From Spirochaetia bacterium (GTDB lineage Bacteria > Spirochaetota > Spirochaetia > CAKZLE01): a DNA stretch of 64,000 nt. The stretch covers positions 544,001 through 608,000 of the forward strand of contig OY782041.1 in assembly GCA_963677595.1 (NCBI GenBank), in the 5' to 3' direction. The position numbers were made by a program, and so were the translations under genes. This document shows positions 1-9,341 of this stretch, piece after piece. Numbering within the stretch: position 1 is the stretch's first letter; each line of letters opens with the position of its first letter. Under the pieces are notes generated by a model. The model had not been told where the DNA came from. It worked only from the letters and a program-made list of their open reading frames with translations, and did not search any database.

Positions 1-1603
1 GCTCTTGTACGGTGGTCGTGAAGGAAGGATAGGTATCCTTCAGCCAGGTGATCATCTCGCCAGCTGTTTTTCCCTCAATCGCCTCGCGAATCTCGGCAAG
101 TTCCTGATTCACCATCTGCTGCGCAGTATCTCTGACCTGCCCCCGGTACCGATCTGCGATAAACCGCCGGTCGGCAAGCGAACGATACTCGATCGATCGT
201 CTCTCCACTCCTGAGAGACTGCCCCTGTTTGCCGCAGAAGGCCTTTGGTCTCCGGCAGAGCCCATGACGGCCAGGGCCTGTTCATCACTCAGTCCGAAGA
301 GGATGTTCAACTGGGAGATGCCGGCATCTTTCGGGATGACTCCGGTATTCACTTTTTCCACAATGGCCGTGATTGCCGTGGTATTCGCCGTGGTTGACTG
401 CTGCTCGGTCGGCAGCAGGTTCCGCTTATCACCCATATTCAGGGGGGCTAAGAAGATCTTCCCCATTCCGTCAGGCTGGGGATTCATATCTTCCAAGGCC
501 CTGATCTCATCCGCATTCATCCACCCATTCTCGATCGCGATCTTGTAGGCTTCATACCGGCTCTTGATATCTCCTCGAAGTAGCCCCTCAAGGGAAAACT
601 TAATATATTCATCATCTCGGAGCAGTTTCATGGTGAGTTCCTGCTCTAACCGGATCACCCGCGGCCGCCATGTGTAGGCCACCGCTTCAATGGACTGCTG
701 CTCAATATTGCTGAAGGTTGCCTTCTCGAGATCCCCGATCATATGCGGCTTCATCCCAAACCAGCGGGCAATCTCACTGTTCTGGAACTTCCTGGTCTCG
801 AGAAACTGTGCATCCTCATTCGTAAGCCCGATCTTTTGGTATTCCAGACCATCTTCCAGGATAATGAGGCCGTGTGATTTCTCGAGCCCCTTGTACTTCT
901 GATTCATCTCTTCGCGCAGCCGGTTAAATGCCTGATCACTCAAGCCTTTCGGGTGCCGCAAGAAACCGCCCATGTTGGTGCCCTGGCCGAAGAACCGCGA
1001 TCCATACTGCTGCGCTGATAATCCAAGCCCAATAGACTCCCTGGCCAACTGGATCACCGAATAGCTATCAATCCCGTTTGACCCCAGGCCCCGAAAGTGC
1101 AGAATCTTGCTTGCAGGAAACTTGTGTCCGGTCGGTAGGTACTCATAGATGAGCTGCTGCTTACTTCCCCGTGTAATCCGCATATGATCCGGGTGAATCG
1201 GCCAGAGTTCTACCGGGTCCCCATAGCCATTACGGACAATCTCAGCAAATGCCTTTCCCCGCAATTCAAGATGTCCCTGGATGACTTCCCGGAACACATT
1301 CGCGGGCATCTCAGGATTAGCTTGTCGAGTTAACAGCTTGGTCACAGGGTGGCTCGCCACCTCTTCACGTCCTGCAGTAGTACGCCTGAAGATATGCGCC
1401 GGGATCGTAGAGATCGTTTCGGTCGATAAACGGACACAGGCAAAGACCGCAGAGAGATTGAGCGCACTATGATTGGTCACCGTGATGCCAGAGGCAGTTT
1501 TTGGCGCAAAGATATCTTCCCAGCCGGAGGCGTCCTGCAAATTGATCACAGTTCCACCTAAGGAACGAGCGGCAAACTGCAGCATTCTAGATCGTAGACT
1601 CAT
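1..1603 (-). CDS. Phage portal protein (HK97 family) with long C-terminal extension; runs off window edge
   Basis: Absent from the ORF track, as expected for a frame with no stop in the window. Manual translation from ATG 1603 (overlapping the TerL stop) gives MSLRSRMLQF...SALNLSAVFACVRLSTETISTIP, a typical portal N-terminus; the same frame is open at the window edge (~534 codons). Confidence 0.88.
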   Translation of the reverse strand, partial: MSLRSRMLQFAARSLGGTVINLQDASGWEDIFAPKTASGITVTNHSALNLSAVFACVRLSTETISTIPAHIFRRTTAGREEVASHPVTKLLTRQANPEMPANVFREVIQGHLELRGKAFAEIVRNGYGDPVELWPIHPDHMRITRGSKQQLIYEYLPTGHKFPASKILHFRGLGSNGIDSYSVIQLARESIGLGLSAQQYGSRFFGQGTNMGGFLRHPKGLSDQAFNRLREEMNQKYKGLEKSHGLIILEDGLEYQKIGLTNEDAQFLETRKFQNSEIARWFGMKPHMIGDLEKATFSNIEQQSIEAVAYTWRPRVIRLEQELTMKLLRDDEYIKFSLEGLLRGDIKSRYEAYKIAIENGWMNADEIRALEDMNPQPDGMGKIFLAPLNMGDKRNLLPTEQQSTTANTTAITAIVEKVNTGVIPKDAGISQLNILFGLSDEQALAVMGSAGDQRPSAANRGSLSGVERRSIEYRSLADRRFIADRYRGQVRDTAQQMVNQELAEIREAIEGKTAGEMITWLKDTYPSFTTTVQE

Positions 1604-3297
1604 ACGGCTCGCACTCCTCGTTTGTCATACACACTTCCGTTGATATTCCCATGGACCGCCCGATCGAGAGACATAATTGAGGTGACCGTCCCGTCAATCC
1701 GTTTCCCGGTCTTCTTCCGTTCCGGTTTTACTGGCTTGATGTTATCTGATGGGTCTGATTTCACCTCGGTACAGCTGATCATCCAAGCTGTCACCGGATT
1801 ATTCCCGTGATTGATCTCCCTCGCCAGGACCTTCTTCTCAAAATCTTTCGAGGGAGCGCTCATCGAGGCATACCCCTGGCGAAATTGCACCATTTCCATC
1901 CCCTCATCCATGAGATTCTGGACGATCTCGTTGGAGTTCCAGGGGTCATATGCAATCTCTTCAATCATGAAGGTATCGGCATCCTTGCGAATCTGGGCTT
2001 TAATGAAGGCATAATCAATCACATTTCCAGGAGTCGCAAAGACAAATCCGCGATCCCGCCACAGCAGATACGGCACTTTATCCCGTCGCTGGCGATCTAG
2101 GAGATTCTCTTCCGGGATGAAGTAGCGATACAGGAAGATATACCGGGGATCAAGGTCTGTAGGGGGGAAACAGAGCGTCCATGATGTGATATCGGTACTG
2201 GTTGAGAGGTCCATGGCCCCATAACAGGTACGGCCGGCAAGATCAGCTTCATGCACCTTGCCCCCACATGCGGCCCAGGCTTCATCGCCAATCCAGGCAG
2301 TCACAGCCTGCGTCCATATATTCAGATTCTTGGTTTTCACCGAGTTCTGTTTCTGCGGGGTGGCCAAAGCTTTCCGAACCTGGGATCTGATGTATTCCTC
2401 GTAGACTGACACACCCAGGTTCGGATTCGCTTTGATCCATACGGTTTCATCTGTCCAATCATCGCCCTCATCCAGAGTAAAGATAATCCCAAAGACATCC
2501 TCCGGGACCGGGTCCAAGGTCCCGGAGAGGATCCCGACAACCAGGGTGCGTTCTTCCTGGTAGCAGGGGCAGTTTTTATCATAGCCGGCTGTGGTAATGA
2601 TGTAGATAATCGGCTGTTCACGTGCCCCCATACCATCTTCCATGACATTCAGGAGCTCTGCAGTCTTATGCGCATGGTACTCATCGATGAGGGCAAAGTG
2701 CGGGTTCTGTCCATCTTCAGTATCGGAGTCCTTACCAAGCGGACGCATGAGCGCATTACTCCCCGGAAGGGTCACCGTCGAGTTCTGTTTGTAGACCTTG
2801 CACTTATTCCGCAGGAATGAATGCTTCCTGATCTGCATCTCAGCTTCCCGCCAGCCGATCTTGGCCTGGTCCTTCTTGGTTGCTACCATATAGACCTCAG
2901 GCCCCTCTTCGCCGTCCATGAGCAGGCAGTAATTCGCCGATGTTGCTCCGAAGGTGGTCTTCCCGTTCTTCCGGGAGACCTCGATGTAGGCTTTGGTGAA
3001 TCGTCGGGTGTGGGTATCTGAGCGTTTCCACCCGAACACACACCAGTCAATAAACTGCTGCCAGGGCTCGAGCGTGATATTCAATCGCTCTTTGGCCCAT
3101 TTACCCTTCGTGTGTTTCAGATCCTGGGAGAAATTAATCTTCCGCTCAGCTGCCTTCTCATCGAAATAGTAGGGGAATCCTTTGGTATTCTGGCGCCTGA
3201 GATCCCGAACATGGCGCTGGACCGCCTGTTTTACAAACACACAAACCGTAATGCGGCCATGTAGCACATCCTCGATGTATTCTTTGGCTCTAACCAT
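1600..3297 (-). CDS. Phage terminase large subunit
   Basis: LEPWQ, Walker A RKNGKT, Walker B LIDEYH, ITTAG, nuclease motifs DLS..D and RIDG; probable start MVRAKEY at 3297. Confidence 0.95.
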   Translation of the reverse strand: MVRAKEYIEDVLHGRITVCVFVKQAVQRHVRDLRRQNTKGFPYYFDEKAAERKINFSQDLKHTKGKWAKERLNITLEPWQQFIDWCVFGWKRSDTHTRRFTKAYIEVSRKNGKTTFGATSANYCLLMDGEEGPEVYMVATKKDQAKIGWREAEMQIRKHSFLRNKCKVYKQNSTVTLPGSNALMRPLGKDSDTEDGQNPHFALIDEYHAHKTAELLNVMEDGMGAREQPIIYIITTAGYDKNCPCYQEERTLVVGILSGTLDPVPEDVFGIIFTLDEGDDWTDETVWIKANPNLGVSVYEEYIRSQVRKALATPQKQNSVKTKNLNIWTQAVTAWIGDEAWAACGGKVHEADLAGRTCYGAMDLSTSTDITSWTLCFPPTDLDPRYIFLYRYFIPEENLLDRQRRDKVPYLLWRDRGFVFATPGNVIDYAFIKAQIRKDADTFMIEEIAYDPWNSNEIVQNLMDEGMEMVQFRQGYASMSAPSKDFEKKVLAREINHGNNPVTAWMISCTEVKSDPSDNIKPVKPERKKTGKRIDGTVTSIMSLDRAVHGNINGSVYDKRGVRAV

Positions 3298-3862
3298 GGG
3301 ATTCCTCCCACATGAGCTCCATCTCGCTCTTCTCTTCAGGCTTCTTCCCGGAGATATCGATCCGGTTACGCGCCACCGGGGTGAGGCCAAGCTGAATCGC
3401 ATACTTGAGGAATTGCTCTTTCCCTTTATGCATAGTCGTGAGCTCAAACCCGGTTTGGGAGTTCCTGGTCTTCAGGTACTCGGCAAGCTTCTGTGCATGG
3501 ACTTTCATCTTGAATGATGAGGACCCGCACTGGGGGCAGTAACCATCGTCCACGATTTCCCCGCATTCGGTACAAGTCCGGTATACGGGTTTATAGATAG
3601 CATCCCTGGCTTCACGGAACATGTTGTAGGATTCGCAGCAGATCTCAAGTGACTGCCAGTCAACCTCACTCATGATCCCGCTGGATACCAGCTCTTCGGC
3701 CAACTCATCCCATAGCCGTTTCCCATATTTCCCGATATGGCTGGGGGCATTCCGTACGCCGCTGCTCATCGTCGGTTCGGGTTCCTCACCCACTTCGCGG
3801 TCGGGCCGAAAGGTTCCTTGATGGAGTTTTATGATCTTCGGTTTTCGTGGTCTTCCGCTCAT
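3290..3862 (-). CDS. Phage terminase small subunit (P27-like) with zinc-ribbon insertion
   Basis: MSGRPRKP N-terminus, LGLTPVAR C-terminal motif, position between HNH and TerL. Confidence 0.88.
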   Translation of the reverse strand: MSGRPRKPKIIKLHQGTFRPDREVGEEPEPTMSSGVRNAPSHIGKYGKRLWDELAEELVSSGIMSEVDWQSLEICCESYNMFREARDAIYKPVYRTCTECGEIVDDGYCPQCGSSSFKMKVHAQKLAEYLKTRNSQTGFELTTMHKGKEQFLKYAIQLGLTPVARNRIDISGKKPEEKSEMELMWEESHG

Positions 3863-3945
3863 AACCCCTTATCTCCATTTTGACCATGCACACACGGAGC
3901 TACTCCCGCGGTAGGATCGCGATAGATTGTAGAGATTCATCTACC
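3863..3945 (-). other. Candidate cos (packaging) region
   Basis: Intergenic stretch between HNH and TerS, the usual cos location in HK97-like phages; exact cut site not determinable. Confidence 0.4.
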
Positions 3946-4312
3946 CCCTCCCCCTGCTTGAAGCAAACCGTCCTTGGTGATCCCGAATCACATCTTCGGT
4001 GGCAGTCTTGCGGTTATGGTCAGAGATTCTCTTCGGTACGAGATCATACTTTCGGTGGTCAGGTTCTATCTGAGGATTGTAGGGAGGATTATGATCGACC
4101 GCATAACACGGCCATAGGTCGGTGGGGATTCCTGCTGCAGATAAAACTTCTTCTCGAATCTTCTTCCATCGATGGTCATAACCACGCTGATAGGAAGAGG
4201 ATCGCTGCTTGATTTTGTCTGCAGATCGTTTACATGAAGGGCAATGAGATCCAGTACCTGAAAATGTTCTGCGGCATCTGATACAGATGACTTTATCGTT
4301 CCGCTGTGCCAT
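3941..4312 (-). CDS. Phage packaging-associated HNH endonuclease-like protein
   Basis: RGYDHRWKKIR, VDH, HNRKT motifs; directly upstream of TerS. Confidence 0.8.
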   Translation of the reverse strand: MAQRNDKVICIRCRRTFSGTGSHCPSCKRSADKIKQRSSSYQRGYDHRWKKIREEVLSAAGIPTDLWPCYAVDHNPPYNPQIEPDHRKYDLVPKRISDHNRKTATEDVIRDHQGRFASSRGRG

Positions 4313-4830
4313 GATTTTAGTGTGATACTGGTAGAGACTTGTATGGAAGGACTAACGGCCCAATCTTGGGCCGAATAAAAAAGAATACTCTATATTACTG
4401 ATTTTCCTCTCTGTTTTAAACATATCACTCCTGAGTTTGATTTTTTGCAACTTGTTATTATACATGCAATTATGAGTCTTTCAAACAATAAACATTTGAC
4501 AGCAGTAAGGGAAGAATACTATAATTTATTTGTTCATATTAAAAAGTATATATCACCAAAAAACTCGTATACTCTTATCCTTCAATTTATTTTAAGATTT
4601 AAAGATATTATTCTTACATCCTGAAAATACTCTTTATTCCCATGTAATTACCTTATTTAGTACTGTATTTTCTGTATTGTAAATTATTACTATAAAAATA
4701 AGAGCATTTACACTTTTATAAAACATTATTTCCTATTATTAAGAGTTTTTACACTTGCATTACTAGTTTTTATGGTTTAATATTTTATGTAATAAGTGCT
4801 ATCGATAGTAAAAAAATTCAGGAGTATGAA

Positions 4831-5040
4831 ATGAAAAAACGATCACTGAAAGGCGTCGTAGCTTTAGCCGCAATTCTTGTTTCTGGTTTTGTGATTCCAA
4901 ATCTGGGATTGATGGTACCTGCAGCAGGGGTTGGGATTGCTGTTGGTTCTGCATATTTTGGAGCATGCGCTGTTGCTTGTGGAGCAACAGGTCCTGCTGG
5001 TTGGGGAATCTTTGGTCTGATAACAGCTTGGTCTCTCTAA
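4831..5040 (+). CDS. Small hydrophobic peptide precursor (putative circular bacteriocin-like RiPP)
   Basis: 69 aa, AGGAG RBS, basic N-terminus followed by 62 uncharged Gly/Ala-rich residues ending AWSL; first gene of a membrane/ABC cluster. Confidence 0.7.
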   Translation: MKKRSLKGVVALAAILVSGFVIPNLGLMVPAAGVGIAVGSAYFGACAVACGATGPAGWGIFGLITAWSL

Positions 5041-5054
5041 AAATTTAACATGAT

Positions 5055-5084
5055 CTACAGTAAAGGCCTTAGCCTTTACTGTAG
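5055..5084 (+). terminator. Perfect 13-bp hairpin after the precursor gene (attenuator or mRNA stabiliser)
   Basis: CTACAGTAAAGGC-CTTA-GCCTTTACTGTAG. Confidence 0.7.
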
Positions 5085-5091
5085 TAATATT

Positions 5092-5595
5092 ATGAAAAAA
5101 AAGAAATTTCCAATTTTAGCATCCCTCATGATCTGGGGGCTAATAATAATTACCTCATATTACTTTTCTTTGTCTAAAGAAATAGAAATAGATAAACTTT
5201 TAGAAATGTCTCCATTAAATATATGGATTAAGAACCTTTTTGTTTTAGGTTTATATATTTCAGGCATATTTACATATGGTATATCAACAATAATATTAAT
5301 AGTATCAAATGCTACTTATATAGGATATATAGTAATTCCATATGTAAAACACTATTCTCAAATTCACCCATTAATATGGATTTTTGTGGTCCTTGAACTA
5401 TTTTCATATATACTTGCATCTTCAATAGGTCTTCCAAATTTCCTGCGTTTATTTAACGTGAAGATGAGAAAAAATTATAAAGTAGATTTAGCATTAACTA
5501 TTCTATGTAGCTTATTACTACTATTAGCAGCATTTCTAGAAAATCATGATATTAATTATATTAATTCTCAACTGGAGCTTCTATGCAATATTTAA
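5092..5595 (+). CDS. SpoIIM/DUF95-like membrane protein
   Basis: Multi-TM; IKNL...GIFTYG...NATYIG...LELFSY...LAAFLE pattern characteristic of DUF95. Confidence 0.7.
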   Translation: MKKKKFPILASLMIWGLIIITSYYFSLSKEIEIDKLLEMSPLNIWIKNLFVLGLYISGIFTYGISTIILIVSNATYIGYIVIPYVKHYSQIHPLIWIFVVLELFSYILASSIGLPNFLRLFNVKMRKNYKVDLALTILCSLLLLLAAFLENHDINYINSQLELLCNI

Positions 5596-6140
5596 AATTC
5601 ATACTAATTCTTATTTGCGCCTTTGTTCAAACAAAAGTACAAATAGTTAATTTTTCATTTATAGATCTTTCAGATGGGGCAATACCATCAATAGTTAATT
5701 CAAACATCTATTTAGCTTTCATGACATTAATACAATTCTTTATTTATATCGTCTTAGCTAAAATATATACAAAAGCATATTTTTACTTTTTTTTATATGA
5801 TTCTGAAATAAAAGACTCAGAGCAAATTCTCTATAATTCAATTTGCAGGTCTTATATTGTATTTTTAATCTCAGGTATATTATTTCTTTTTTTTGCAAGA
5901 ATCCAACCAGGTTCTTATGAATTATATATTTTTGGCACACACAAAGATGGAAATTCTATAAATAGCTTTGTTATGTTGGCATTAGCCTTTATTCAAGCTA
6001 TAATAGTTTTTTTTCAATTTTATATACAAGTTCTTAAGCAAGAGGAAAATATCAATAAATTTCTTAGATTATTAACTCTTTGTATAATATTACTAATCGT
6101 ACATTTACCTGGAGTGATCCACTTTGGAGGAACTTTTTGA
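5583..6140 (+). CDS. Multi-pass membrane protein (Yip1-like or immunity candidate)
   Basis: About 5 hydrophobic segments; overlaps neighbouring genes. Confidence 0.55.
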   Translation: MQYLKFILILICAFVQTKVQIVNFSFIDLSDGAIPSIVNSNIYLAFMTLIQFFIYIVLAKIYTKAYFYFFLYDSEIKDSEQILYNSICRSYIVFLISGILFLFFARIQPGSYELYIFGTHKDGNSINSFVMLALAFIQAIIVFFQFYIQVLKQEENINKFLRLLTLCIILLIVHLPGVIHFGGTF

Positions 6141-6862
6141 TTCAAATTAAAAATATATCAAAGCAAATATCCAATAACTTAATTCTTAATAATATTAGTT
6201 TAGATTGCCCAGAAAACAGTATTTATGCACTCATTGGGCCTAATGGAGTTGGAAAAACAACATTAATAAGATGCATTCTAGGAATTTATTCAATTCAAAC
6301 GGGTAAAATATTCATAGATAAAGTGCCAGTTATTTATAATAATTTTTCAACACCATCACATGTTGGTGTTTTTACAGACGATGCAAAAATGTATCCGAAT
6401 CTTTCCGTTAAAGATAATTTAAACTATTATTATTCTTTTTATGAAAAAAAAATATTTAGCAATAATATTTTGTTAATTATTGAAGAACTTGGATTAATGA
6501 AATATTTAGATACTAAATATTATGCCCTATCAACCGGGAATAAAAGGAAGTGTGGTATAGTTAGATCCCTTTTAAATAACCCTAAAATTATTATTTGGGA
6601 TGAACCTTTCGCCTCTCTAGACCCAGAAAGCATCTTTGAATTAAAAACTCTTATTAAACATCTTAAAAGTTTGAAGAAAACAATTTTTATTACATCAAAC
6701 GATCTTAATCGTCTTGAATTGATTTATGATAAAGTAGGTTTTTTCTATACAAATGAACTTTTAGCAGAATACCAAGCAAATTCCTTAAAAACCATGTATA
6801 AGGGCTCTTCACTAGAAGAAATATATTTCAAACTAAAAAAAGAGATTGTTACATATGATTGA
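6137..6862 (+). CDS. ABC transporter ATP-binding protein
   Basis: GPNGVGKTT, LSTG, IIIWDEP; TTG start after GGAGG overlapping the upstream TGA. Confidence 0.92.
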   Translation: MIQIKNISKQISNNLILNNISLDCPENSIYALIGPNGVGKTTLIRCILGIYSIQTGKIFIDKVPVIYNNFSTPSHVGVFTDDAKMYPNLSVKDNLNYYYSFYEKKIFSNNILLIIEELGLMKYLDTKYYALSTGNKRKCGIVRSLLNNPKIIIWDEPFASLDPESIFELKTLIKHLKSLKKTIFITSNDLNRLELIYDKVGFFYTNELLAEYQANSLKTMYKGSSLEEIYFKLKKEIVTYD

Positions 6863-7613
6863 AAATAAAATATTCCTTTTTGACTTAAAAAATATTTTAA
6901 GAGATAAAAAAACAATGATCACCGTTTTTATTAACTTACTAATCCAATTATTATTATGCTTTTCATTAGTCATAATCAAACTTACAAGCAAAGAAAGCAT
7001 TTTAGAGCCCCTTGCTATTTATATAACTGAAAATTATTCTCCTTTCTTTTTTCTTATTAACTATATTTATCCTGTCTACATATTTGTCTTATTATCTGTA
7101 ATCCCCTTTGTAATCGGATTATCACTTGTAAGTTCAGAGAAAGAAATGGGAACCTTAGAATCTTTACTATATTTACCAATTAAAAGAAGAAGTATTTTTT
7201 ATACAAAAATCATATGTCTTTTTATTGTATCTTATTGCTTATCTCTTATTTGTGTTCTAACCCAACTAATAATATTTGTAATATTTTCAGGTCCACAAAC
7301 ATTAGATCTATTGTTTTGGATTAAGTACTTACTAATATATTTACCATTCTGGATAGCCTTTATTTCTTCAATTATTACCATTATTTCCACAATTTCTAAA
7401 ACCACCAAAGAAGCTAATCAGTTTTCATTAGGTTTTTGTTTTGCTCTACTAATTTTAGTTCAAGGTAGCACCATTTTTAAAATCAATATATTTTCACATT
7501 ATTTTTTTCTGATTATTTTAGTTTTATCTGTTATACCAATTATAATGACTCTTATATGGATTGCTAGAAATTTACAAATTGAAAAAATACTTTTTAGGAT
7601 TTCAAAGTACTGA
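6855..7613 (+). CDS. ABC-2 type exporter permease
   Basis: Six TM segments, EKEMGTLESLLYLP motif. Confidence 0.88.
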   Translation: MIENKIFLFDLKNILRDKKTMITVFINLLIQLLLCFSLVIIKLTSKESILEPLAIYITENYSPFFFLINYIYPVYIFVLLSVIPFVIGLSLVSSEKEMGTLESLLYLPIKRRSIFYTKIICLFIVSYCLSLICVLTQLIIFVIFSGPQTLDLLFWIKYLLIYLPFWIAFISSIITIISTISKTTKEANQFSLGFCFALLILVQGSTIFKINIFSHYFFLIILVLSVIPIIMTLIWIARNLQIEKILFRISKY

Positions 7614-7793
7614 TGATAATTCATCATCAATTGTGCAAAAATCAGATCCTCTAAAATAGAATTTACCACTTTTTAAAAGTCGTTTAATATGGCTCGTAGA
7701 AGTATTCAAAGCTTGAGCACAATCCTTTATTGATTCAAAATTCTCAGTTTTATTGGATATATTCCAAAAGACAATCACTGGTCTCCGTCGCAT
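7602..7793 (-). CDS. Small NUMOD1-like HTH protein
   Basis: FESIKDCAQALNTSTSHI; GAGG RBS. Confidence 0.55.
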   Translation of the reverse strand: MRRRPVIVFWNISNKTENFESIKDCAQALNTSTSHIKRLLKSGKFYFRGSDFCTIDDELSSVL

Positions 7794-7802
7794 ACGTTCC
7801 TC

Positions 7803-8612
7803 CTAAAACAACTCCTGCTGTCCCATATCAAGATCATAATTTGCTGTCAGCACTTCTATCTTGGTAGTCTTCCGATTCTTCGATTTCGAGTTCACACTCA
7901 TCTTCATTTCTAGTTCTCTTTGCTCCCATCCATGCTCTTTCGTGAATTCTTTCAAGATGTCACTGGGGTATGAACTCAGGAGGAACCGACCCTCAATCTT
8001 TGAAAGGTGCTCCAATAGTTGACGATAATCTTCTTCAGAATATCCATCGTAATGACCGCAGTCAGATCCGATGTAGGGCGGATCACAATAGAAGAAAGCA
8101 TCTGGAGCATCATAACTTCTGATAATCCTCAGTGCATCAGTACATTCAATATCAACTTTCTGCAGTCGAATAGCATAATCAAGCGTGAAAGAATTCCGCT
8201 TATTCATCACCTTCAATGACGTCTGACCAGTATGGTCATACCCATAGGTCCCGCCAAGCATCGAGCCAAAACTCTGTGCTGCAGTTACCCATACCGCCCA
8301 GGCGCGCTTGATTTTATCAAACATATCCGGGTTGTTATAAATCACATTTGCCTGACGGTGAATACTCCTACTATGGAGACTGATCTGAATCTCTTTTTCC
8401 AATGATACGTAGTCTCTCTGTATGACCTCATAGAAATTGATTAGTTCCGCATTGACATCGTTGATCACTTCATTCTCTGATGGTTTCTTGCTGAAGAAGA
8501 TAGCCCCTCCTCCAAGAAACGGCTCACAGTACGTTCTATGTTCTGGGATCAAGGGTAAAATGGTCGATACTAATTGCTGCTTTCCTCCGTAATACGTCAA
8601 AGGTGTCTTCAT
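7803..8612 (-). CDS. DNA adenine methyltransferase (Dam/D12 class), orphan
   Basis: YYGGK, EPFLGGG, IND, DPPY motifs. Confidence 0.93.
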   Translation of the reverse strand: MKTPLTYYGGKQQLVSTILPLIPEHRTYCEPFLGGGAIFFSKKPSENEVINDVNAELINFYEVIQRDYVSLEKEIQISLHSRSIHRQANVIYNNPDMFDKIKRAWAVWVTAAQSFGSMLGGTYGYDHTGQTSLKVMNKRNSFTLDYAIRLQKVDIECTDALRIIRSYDAPDAFFYCDPPYIGSDCGHYDGYSEEDYRQLLEHLSKIEGRFLLSSYPSDILKEFTKEHGWEQRELEMKMSVNSKSKNRKTTKIEVLTANYDLDMGQQELF

Positions 8613-8808
8613 ACTTATAGTTCCTCGTTATTGATGAATTAGGACGATTGAACAACTGGATATTATCCGGTACCATACCGCTATTCAAAATATAAGCTTG
8701 CTGGATGGTGGTGGGTTATCCTATAGGTGTCACAAGCACCTGTTCGGGAGTTGCTGCTCCTGAACCGCTGTCCTTTCACAGTTCTCATTCATAAAAATTC
8801 AGTGAAAC

Positions 8809-9012
8809 TCACTTCCTATTCTTGGTCTTAAATGCCTCTTCAAATCCACAGGCAGTGCATACAAATTTCTTGCCGTTGGTAAAAAGCTTTTTCTCACACG
8901 TAGGGCATGGTCTTACTGACATCCAATAGGTCCCAGCATAGAGCCCATTGATCAGCTCTTTCTTTTCCCCTACCTGGAACATCCCTCTGGTGATACCCCC
9001 TATCGGTTCCAT
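8809..9012 (-). CDS. Small zinc-ribbon phage protein
   Basis: CPTC...CTAC. Confidence 0.55.
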   Translation of the reverse strand: MEPIGGITRGMFQVGEKKELINGLYAGTYWMSVRPCPTCEKKLFTNGKKFVCTACGFEEAFKTKNRK

Positions 9013-9314
9013 TTCACGGCTCCATGCAAATATTCCTCGACGGCCATACAGGACATTCCCAAGACACCTGCAAGCATCATCTCAATACCCATACCCCGAG
9101 AAGTGTGTTTGGTATGCACCACGGCTACCCCATCACATTCCAGCATCGCTTTGAGGTCTTGCTTCATCGCATCTTCCCAGGTTGCAGGATCCTCAACAAT
9201 TTCAACCGGATTGACTACCTCATACCCGGCTTTCCTCATGCGTAACGCAGCTTCCTGGAATTCTTCGCGATACTTGGGATTTTGACTGATCGGCCCCGAC
9301 AAATAGATCTTCAT
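9000..9314 (-). CDS. DUF4406 / nucleoside deoxyribosyltransferase-like protein
   Basis: KIYLSGPI, VVNP, ECD, SRG..E motifs. Confidence 0.8.
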   Translation of the reverse strand: MKIYLSGPISQNPKYREEFQEAALRMRKAGYEVVNPVEIVEDPATWEDAMKQDLKAMLECDGVAVVHTKHTSRGMGIEMMLAGVLGMSCMAVEEYLHGAVKWNR

Positions 9315-9341
9315 ACTGCTGTACTCCTCCTGATGTACTAT

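Noticed and set aside
3298-3447. N-terminal 50 aa of the 615-aa terminase ORF
   Set aside because: It overlaps TerS; the ATG at 3297 is the more plausible start.
4831-5040. Sactipeptide or lanthipeptide precursor
   Set aside because: No radical SAM or Lan enzyme in the cluster.
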